Below are positions 5,802 through 11,267 of a stretch of DNA of 11,267 nt, in pieces (position 1 is the first letter of the stretch; every line of letters begins with the position of its first letter). The notes beneath the pieces are model-generated. The model made no database searches, was not told where the DNA came from, and was given only the letters and a program-made list of their open reading frames with translations. The stretch is taken from NCBI GenBank assembly GCA_038128265.1, contig JAYPJE010000098.1:1-11267 (forward strand). The letters run 5' to 3'. This DNA is from Gemmatimonadota bacterium (GTDB lineage Bacteria > Latescibacterota > UBA2968 > UBA8231). Made by a program: the position numbers and the translations under genes.

Positions 5802-8138
5802 ATGCGCGCGCTGTTACTCATCGCACTCATAGCCACGGCACTGGCAGCCGACGAACTGCGCATCGATACGCCGGCAGAATGGTCCGGCTGGAAGATGCCG
5901 CGCGACCTCGTGCGCTTTGACGCGCGCGGAGCGCTGCAGCTAACCAAGTTTCGCAAAGAAATCAACGCAGTGACCAACGCGGCGCAGTTTATCCACCCGA
6001 CGCGTGCGCGCGGCGACGCGGTGCGCGGTGGGCTGTGGGAAGCCGGCTCCAATCCGCGCACGGCAGCGCGCATAATTGACGGCGACGTGACCACCTACTG
6101 GCAGGCATCGCCCAACGACGTGCTGGGCGATTGGTTTGTGCAAATCGATCTAGGCCGGGCCGTGCTGGCCAAGGAGATTCGCCTGCACTTTCCCAACCGG
6201 AACGGCGTGCACCCCTTTCGCCAATTTACCGTCTTTACGGCTACGGGCATTACCTCAGATGCACTCGACGACCTATTTATCTTCAGCCCAGTATACTTCA
6301 CGACGCAGCCCAACCGCTCGACCGAGGTCGTCATTCCCCTCGCTTTTGACCTGCAGGACAGCGCACAGGTCGTCGACGCGGAACTCGACGTCGACTTACA
6401 GACCATCGACCAGTATCGGCTCGTGCAGTATATCAACTTCACCGTTGAGGAATTCGATCCCGAAGGCGCCTTGAGCGAAATAGAGGTGATCGCCGTCGGC
6501 GACAATATCAGCATCGGCACAGTCGGGCGTGGCGGCAGCGTCATCGACGGACTCACCGCGCGCTCCAACGAGAACATCCTCGACGCCGATATGAACACCA
6601 GTAACTCGATCCTGCCCGTCGGATTCGAGGGCCGCGTGCGCACTTGGGAAGAGCAGGGTACCTGGTTCTACGTCGATCTGGGCGCCGTGTTCTGGCTCGA
6701 CGAGCTCTTTCTCTACGTGCTGCGCCAGCGCGAAGGCACCGTCGGCACGGTAGCCGGCGCACCGCGCGCCTTTAACTTTCTCTACTCGGACGGCACGCGC
6801 GCCATCCGCTCCGGCCTCCCCATTCCCGAATCCTTCGACTTCACGCCGCTCATCGTGCAGCCCGACCCCAGTCCGGTACGCTACTTTCGCTACGTTTTTG
6901 CCCCGCGGCGCATCCGCTATCTTTTCTGGCATGCCCACATTCCGCAGGGCTGGGGTTCGCGCTGGACCGAAATGATGCTCTACTCACCGGGCTACCCGGC
7001 CGAAGTCGTCTTGCGCTCGCCCTTTATCGATTTGGGCGCACTGGCCGGCGACGAGCGCCCCAAAGTAATCAACCGCATTCGCTGGGATGCGGACTTGCCG
7101 GCCGGCACGCGCCTGCAGATGCGCTCCCGCTCCGGCAATACCCAAAGCGCCGTCTACGCGTTTTATAACAAGATTGGCGAGGAGGTCACGGAGAATAAGT
7201 GGCTAAGTCTGCCGAAGGTGCTGCGCGGGGCGGTGGATACGACCATCGTCGTTGGCGAAGACTGGGACGAATGGAGCGAGACCTACACCGTTTCGGGCGA
7301 GGCGTTCAAGTCGCAAAATCCGCGCCGCTTCGTCCAATTGGAGATGGTGCTGCAAACGGACGATCCGAGTGTCGCACCGCAGATCGACGCGCTGTCCATC
7401 GAGTACGAAGAGACGCTCCTGCAGGGCGCTGTCGGCAGCGTTGCGCCGCGCCACGCCCTGCCCAACAGAGACACGCGCTTTACCTACGCGCTGTGGCCGA
7501 CGGCCGACCCGCAGGACGACGGCTTTGATCGGCTGCGCTTCGCCCTGCCGGCCTCCGCGCAGGACGTCGAGGTGCGCGTGGGCGACCAGATTGTCGCGCC
7601 AGCGCAGCTATCCATTAGCGCCGACTCGCTGCACATTGACCTGCCGCAGGCCGTGCGCGGCGATTCGCTCGAAGTCGCTTTCACAACGCGCATAACGCGC
7701 AACGGCACCGTCTTTTCGCTGGAATTGGGATCGACCGAACACCCCGGCCTCTGGCAGTCGGTCGAAGCGGCGGCGCGACGCGCCAATATCGTTATGCTGC
7801 CCGAAGCTATTGGCGCCCGCGAACTGATCGGCGAGCTAGACATCTCCTCGCCGGTGCTAACGCCCAACGGTGACGGCATCCACGACGAGGTGCACATTCG
7901 CTTTGTCACGTTTAACGTGGACGGCGGCACACCGCACGTCGAACTCTTTGATTTGCGGGGTAAGCGATGGGCGCGCATGGAAGCCACCGCAACCCAAGGG
8001 GCCAACTATGTATGCACGTTCGATGGGCGCGATGCGGCTGGCCAACGGCTGCCGCCAGGCCTCTACTTATATCGCGTTGACCTCGGCGCCGATGCGGGAC
8101 AGGACACCGCGCTGCGCCGCATTGCCATAGCCTACTAA
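5802..8138 (+). CDS. Exported protein B: signal peptide, two discoidin/F5/8 type C-like domains, C-terminal FlgD-Ig/T9SS type B CTD-like domain; function unknown
   Basis: Signal peptide MRALLLIALIATALA|A. IIDGDVTTYW...WFVQIDLG and ILDADMNT...WFYVDLG. C-terminal VLTPNGDGIHD...ELFDLRGKR...FDGRDAAGQRLPPGLY...IAIAY*. Starts 8 nt after gene A. Confidence 0.82.
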   Translation: MRALLLIALIATALAADELRIDTPAEWSGWKMPRDLVRFDARGALQLTKFRKEINAVTNAAQFIHPTRARGDAVRGGLWEAGSNPRTAARIIDGDVTTYWQASPNDVLGDWFVQIDLGRAVLAKEIRLHFPNRNGVHPFRQFTVFTATGITSDALDDLFIFSPVYFTTQPNRSTEVVIPLAFDLQDSAQVVDAELDVDLQTIDQYRLVQYINFTVEEFDPEGALSEIEVIAVGDNISIGTVGRGGSVIDGLTARSNENILDADMNTSNSILPVGFEGRVRTWEEQGTWFYVDLGAVFWLDELFLYVLRQREGTVGTVAGAPRAFNFLYSDGTRAIRSGLPIPESFDFTPLIVQPDPSPVRYFRYVFAPRRIRYLFWHAHIPQGWGSRWTEMMLYSPGYPAEVVLRSPFIDLGALAGDERPKVINRIRWDADLPAGTRLQMRSRSGNTQSAVYAFYNKIGEEVTENKWLSLPKVLRGAVDTTIVVGEDWDEWSETYTVSGEAFKSQNPRRFVQLEMVLQTDDPSVAPQIDALSIEYEETLLQGAVGSVAPRHALPNRDTRFTYALWPTADPQDDGFDRLRFALPASAQDVEVRVGDQIVAPAQLSISADSLHIDLPQAVRGDSLEVAFTTRITRNGTVFSLELGSTEHPGLWQSVEAAARRANIVMLPEAIGARELIGELDISSPVLTPNGDGIHDEVHIRFVTFNVDGGTPHVELFDLRGKRWARMEATATQGANYVCTFDGRDAAGQRLPPGLYLYRVDLGADAGQDTALRRIAIAY

Positions 8139-9646
8139 CGCAGACCCAACCGCTCCACCTGCCAAGCCGGTGCACGCAAGCGCGCCAGTTCGCCATACAG
8201 CCTATGCTGCATAGTCCGCAGCATATCGGGCTCGCGTTCGGCCACGTTGACCAACTCGTTGGGGTCGCTCCGCTTGTCGTGTAGCGAAGTGGGCGCATCC
8301 CACGACAGACAGTTGCTAACGGGTCGTCGCCCGTTTTCAAACGGGCCCAACTCATAGCCAATAAAGCGCGCCAGATGGTAGCCGTGCCAGTAGAGCGGCG
8401 CGTTGTCATCGACCGGCGATTGGTGCAGCGTCCAATCGCCGTCGGTGATCGTCATGCTCTTGCCAAACATCCCCATCAGCGCGCAGTCGCGCGTCGGCGC
8501 GTCGGCGTTTTCGAGAACGGGCAGCAGGTCGATCCCGTGCAGGGGCCGCTCGTCGGGCAGTTCCGGCAGCGGGCGGCCCACCGCCGAGAGCACCGTCGGG
8601 TAGAGGTCCATCAGCTGCACCAGCTGGCTGCGGCGCTGGCCGTGGCCGGCCTCTGGGTGACACGCGATAAAGGGAATGTGCGCACAGCCGTCGTACTGGT
8701 GCGTGCCCAACTTGCCCATGCGGCCGTGGTCGCCGTTCCAGGTGCCGTGGTCCGTCGTCAACACTACCAGCGTATCCTTCCACAGATCGAGTTCGTCCAG
8801 CGCGTCAAAAACCTTGCCCAGCCATTGGTCGAGAAAAACCACCTTGGCCGCGTAGCGCGCGCGCATGTTTTCGAACTGTTCCTCGCTGTAGTGATCGCGC
8901 CACGGCGCGTAGGGTGCCGCGGCGCGCAGGCCCTCGACGGCATAGCCGCGCGGATCAAACTGCTTGAGGATCTCTTCGGGCGGATCCCACGGTTCGTGTG
9001 GATCAAAAATATCTAGGTGCAGGTAGAAGTTCTCATGTGTGTGGTTGCGGCGCAGCCAGTCGGCCGCCTTGGTGCACACCTGCGCGCAAAAATAATCCTC
9101 GGCGCGCTGGCGGATAAAGTGCACGTTGCGCCAGTGGCGCTCGTTTTTTCCCATGCGGTCGCCCGGTGGACAGGGAAAGTCAATCGGATCCGTATAAAGC
9201 GCGTCCGACTCGATGCCGCGCACAAACTCGAATCCCGTATAGCCCATGTGGTAATTGCCCGAGCCCTGCTCCCACAGGTGGAAGTGATCGGTCAGCAGGC
9301 AGCTGACGGGATAGCCCTGCTCCATCGTCCACCGGATCGAGCGATTGGGCGGGCCCGACACCTGGCGCGGCAGGTCGCAGTCTTCCTCTTCGAGCGGACC
9401 CCAGCCGCGCTCCAAAAACTCCAGCCGACCGGTGTAGATATCGCGCCGCGCCGGCATGCAAGGCGTCGAGCCGATATAGGCGTTGTCAAATACGGTACCG
9501 CGTTCAATAAGGCGATCCATATTGGGCGTAGGCACAGACCAGGAGGGTGCCTCGGCGCTCCAACACCGATCGAGCGGACGGCCGCCGCTGTAGGCACCGA
9601 CGTGGTCGCGGCGCAGCGTATCGCAGAGAATCGTAATGACGTTCAT
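8135..9646 (-). CDS. Cys-type (formylglycine-dependent) sulfatase family protein
   Basis: N-terminal ILCDTLRRDH, TPNMDRL, signature CMPARRDIYTG (CxPxR), FDPHEPW, YAAKV..LD..LG, TTDHG...GK, DLYPTVL, DPNELVN. RBS AAGGA before the ATG. No signal peptide. Confidence 0.93.
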   Translation of the reverse strand: MNVITILCDTLRRDHVGAYSGGRPLDRCWSAEAPSWSVPTPNMDRLIERGTVFDNAYIGSTPCMPARRDIYTGRLEFLERGWGPLEEEDCDLPRQVSGPPNRSIRWTMEQGYPVSCLLTDHFHLWEQGSGNYHMGYTGFEFVRGIESDALYTDPIDFPCPPGDRMGKNERHWRNVHFIRQRAEDYFCAQVCTKAADWLRRNHTHENFYLHLDIFDPHEPWDPPEEILKQFDPRGYAVEGLRAAAPYAPWRDHYSEEQFENMRARYAAKVVFLDQWLGKVFDALDELDLWKDTLVVLTTDHGTWNGDHGRMGKLGTHQYDGCAHIPFIACHPEAGHGQRRSQLVQLMDLYPTVLSAVGRPLPELPDERPLHGIDLLPVLENADAPTRDCALMGMFGKSMTITDGDWTLHQSPVDDNAPLYWHGYHLARFIGYELGPFENGRRPVSNCLSWDAPTSLHDKRSDPNELVNVAEREPDMLRTMQHRLYGELARLRAPAWQVERLGLR

Positions 9647-9671
9647 AGCAATCCTTTACCTAAATGGCCTC

Positions 9672-10544
9672 TCAGCGCGCGTGCGGGTCGAGCAGAGCGC
9701 TCTCCCCGGGAAATAGACGCAGCCAGTCTTCGGCACTCTGCGCCACGCTGTCCGGACGCTCTATACTGCGCGCTACAAAGCCGGGAATGTCCGGCCGACC
9801 CGTCGGCTTGCGCCAATCGCAGTAGCGCAGATCGAGGCTCCAGCGCACCCGGTCCGTGCTGTTGACCACAGAGCGGTGCACCGTGCGGCCCTGAATCATC
9901 AGCACACCCCCTTTGCGCACCGGACAGTCTACAACGCGCTCGTAGGCCGGCATGCCCTCTTCGCTCAGACCGTCGTAAAAGCCGATGCGCTCGTGCGGTA
10001 ACGTCTGCCAGCGATGGCTGCCGGGAATCACCTGCATGGCACCCGTTTCCATCGGCGCGTCAACCAGTGGAATCCAAAAGTTGACCATAAAGGTGTCGTC
10101 AGCCTCGCGCTGTAAATAGCCCGTGTCCTGATGCCACGGCACCACTGTCTGCTCGTGATCGGGCAGCTTGGCACGCGAGTTGAACTGCGGGTGAGCGAGG
10201 ATCTCCGGGCCGATCATCTCTTCGACGATATCGAGCAAGGCCGGGCAGGTCCACACCGCAAACATGCCAGCCGTCTTGTGGTGCTTGCCCTGACCGACGC
10301 GCCACAGTTCTTGAGCAGCTTCCCCTTCGGCATCGGCGTAGAGCAGCGCCAGGCGCGTCTCAAAGGGCGCCCCTTCGTGCAGTTGAGACAGCTGACCGGC
10401 CGCGTGCAGCGCGCGCGCCTTGGCGTCGATGGCTGCCTCAAATTCGCCAATCAACGGCGCCAGCACTTCGGGACCTAACACATCTTCAACGACGAGATAG
10501 CCCTCGTCTAAATACTGTGCCCGCTGTTCATCGCTCAAAGCCAT
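9672..10544 (-). CDS. Phytanoyl-CoA dioxygenase (PhyH) family Fe(II)/2-oxoglutarate dioxygenase
   Basis: LSDEQRAQYLDEGYLVVEDVL, PWHQD (HxD), WIPLVDA..ETGAMQVIPGSH, VHRS..N.TDRVRWSLDLRY (distal His and 2OG-binding Arg). Confidence 0.93.
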   Translation of the reverse strand: MALSDEQRAQYLDEGYLVVEDVLGPEVLAPLIGEFEAAIDAKARALHAAGQLSQLHEGAPFETRLALLYADAEGEAAQELWRVGQGKHHKTAGMFAVWTCPALLDIVEEMIGPEILAHPQFNSRAKLPDHEQTVVPWHQDTGYLQREADDTFMVNFWIPLVDAPMETGAMQVIPGSHRWQTLPHERIGFYDGLSEEGMPAYERVVDCPVRKGGVLMIQGRTVHRSVVNSTDRVRWSLDLRYCDWRKPTGRPDIPGFVARSIERPDSVAQSAEDWLRLFPGESALLDPHAR

Positions 10545-10569
10545 ATGCTATGCGTTCCCCATGCCTGTT

Positions 10570-11267
10570 TTAATACCGATACTGCGCTGCCCAGTGCTCC
10601 ATGCGCTGGTCCTCGTGGTACATGCGCCAGCGCAGCATGCGCTGACACATATCGAGCACGACGGCGGCGTTTTCGGGCCGGTCGGCTACGTTGTCGAACT
10701 CGCCCGGATCATTCTGCAGGTCGAACAGCAGCGGCGGCATGCGCGCGTCGGCAAAGTGCACGTACTTGTAGCGACTGTCGCGCAGCACCCAAAGCAGATG
10801 CTGGTCCATATCCGTATCGGTCTCAATGGCGCGCGCGCCCGACCTGTAGTCGAATTCGTAGTGGATCTCCGTCTTGCCCTGGTATTCCGCATTGCCGTGC
10901 AGCGCGCCCAGCAGGCTCTGACCCTGGAAGCGATCCGGCTGCTCCACGCCGAGCCAGTCCAACACGGTCGGACCCAGATCGACCGATTCGACAAACGACT
11001 CGACCGCGCTGCCGCGCGCGCCGTCGCCGGCCGAGTGCGGATCGCGCACTATGCAGGGAATGTGCATCGCGCCATCGTAGAAGTGGCCTTTGCCCACCAG
11101 GTAATGTTCCCCCAACTGTTCGCCGTGGTCGGCGCTAAAGACGATCAGCGTGTCTTCCCACTGACCGCTCCGTTCAAGCTCGTCAAAGAGCAGGCCGAGA
11201 TTGTCGTCCAGTTCGGCGATCATGCCGTAGTAGCAGGCGCGGAACTCGCGCAGGTGGCGCTCGTCGA
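10570..11267 (-). CDS. Sulfatase-superfamily hydrolase most like phosphonate monoester hydrolase (PMH/PehA); C-terminal part (5' end outside window)
   Basis: The frame stays open to the window edge (DERHLREFRACYYGMIAELDDNLG), so ATG 11223 is internal. SADHGEQLGEHYLVGK, ESVDLGPTVLDWLG, IHYEFDYR, YKYVHFA...PPLLFDL..DPGEF and LRWRM.H resemble PMH C-terminal motifs. The nucleophile motif is not in the window. Confidence 0.8.
   Translation of the reverse strand, partial: DERHLREFRACYYGMIAELDDNLGLLFDELERSGQWEDTLIVFSADHGEQLGEHYLVGKGHFYDGAMHIPCIVRDPHSAGDGARGSAVESFVESVDLGPTVLDWLGVEQPDRFQGQSLLGALHGNAEYQGKTEIHYEFDYRSGARAIETDTDMDQHLLWVLRDSRYKYVHFADARMPPLLFDLQNDPGEFDNVADRPENAAVVLDMCQRMLRWRMYHEDQRMEHWAAQYRY

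Noticed and set aside
3778..8138. Calling the pair flagellar hook-capping FlgD or gliding motility proteins
   Set aside because: Only the C-terminal Ig-like domain resembles these. Size, signal peptides and context do not fit, and no flagellar or gld genes are present.
4096..8409. Multiple 130-180 aa minus-strand and alternative-frame ORFs within the exported-protein genes
   Set aside because: Ser/Arg/Ala-biased shadow frames lying on well-supported CDSs.
8375..9865. Long plus-strand ORFs (213 and 282 aa)
   Set aside because: Antisense shadows of the sulfatase, expected at high GC; no recognisable motifs.
1..11267. CRISPR arrays, tRNA/rRNA, IS elements, DGR template/variable repeats
   Set aside because: No regularly spaced repeats, cloverleaf, transposase or reverse transcriptase seen by eye. 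A/B similarity is mainly at protein level with only short nucleotide matches.

Overview
GC-rich bacterial window with ten supportable CDSs and no RNA gene, CRISPR array or mobile element that I can see. Left to right: 3' end of a class C beta-lactamase-like (NylB-type) serine hydrolase; a lower-GC cassette encoding a divergent SigF/ECF16-type sigma factor and its NrsF (DUF1109) anti-sigma; an oligogalacturonate lyase (PL22/Ogl-like) beta-propeller; an 86-aa two-helix membrane protein (minus strand) divergent from a GNAT acetyltransferase; two tandem, distantly paralogous exported proteins (671 and 778 aa); and a convergent minus-strand operon of a phosphonate monoester hydrolase-like enzyme (partial), a PhyH-family Fe(II)/2OG dioxygenase and a Cys-type sulfatase. 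The exported pair carries discoidin-like domains and a shared C-terminal 'VLTPNGDGxxD...DGRD..G..LPPGLY...IAY' domain (FlgD-Ig / T9SS type B CTD-like). It is the best candidate for an undescribed system, and its RBS sits in a predicted U-rich hairpin. Gene content suggests Ca. Latescibacterota or a similar FCB/Poribacteria-like lineage, but this is inference only. All family calls come from motif recognition by eye; no searches were run.
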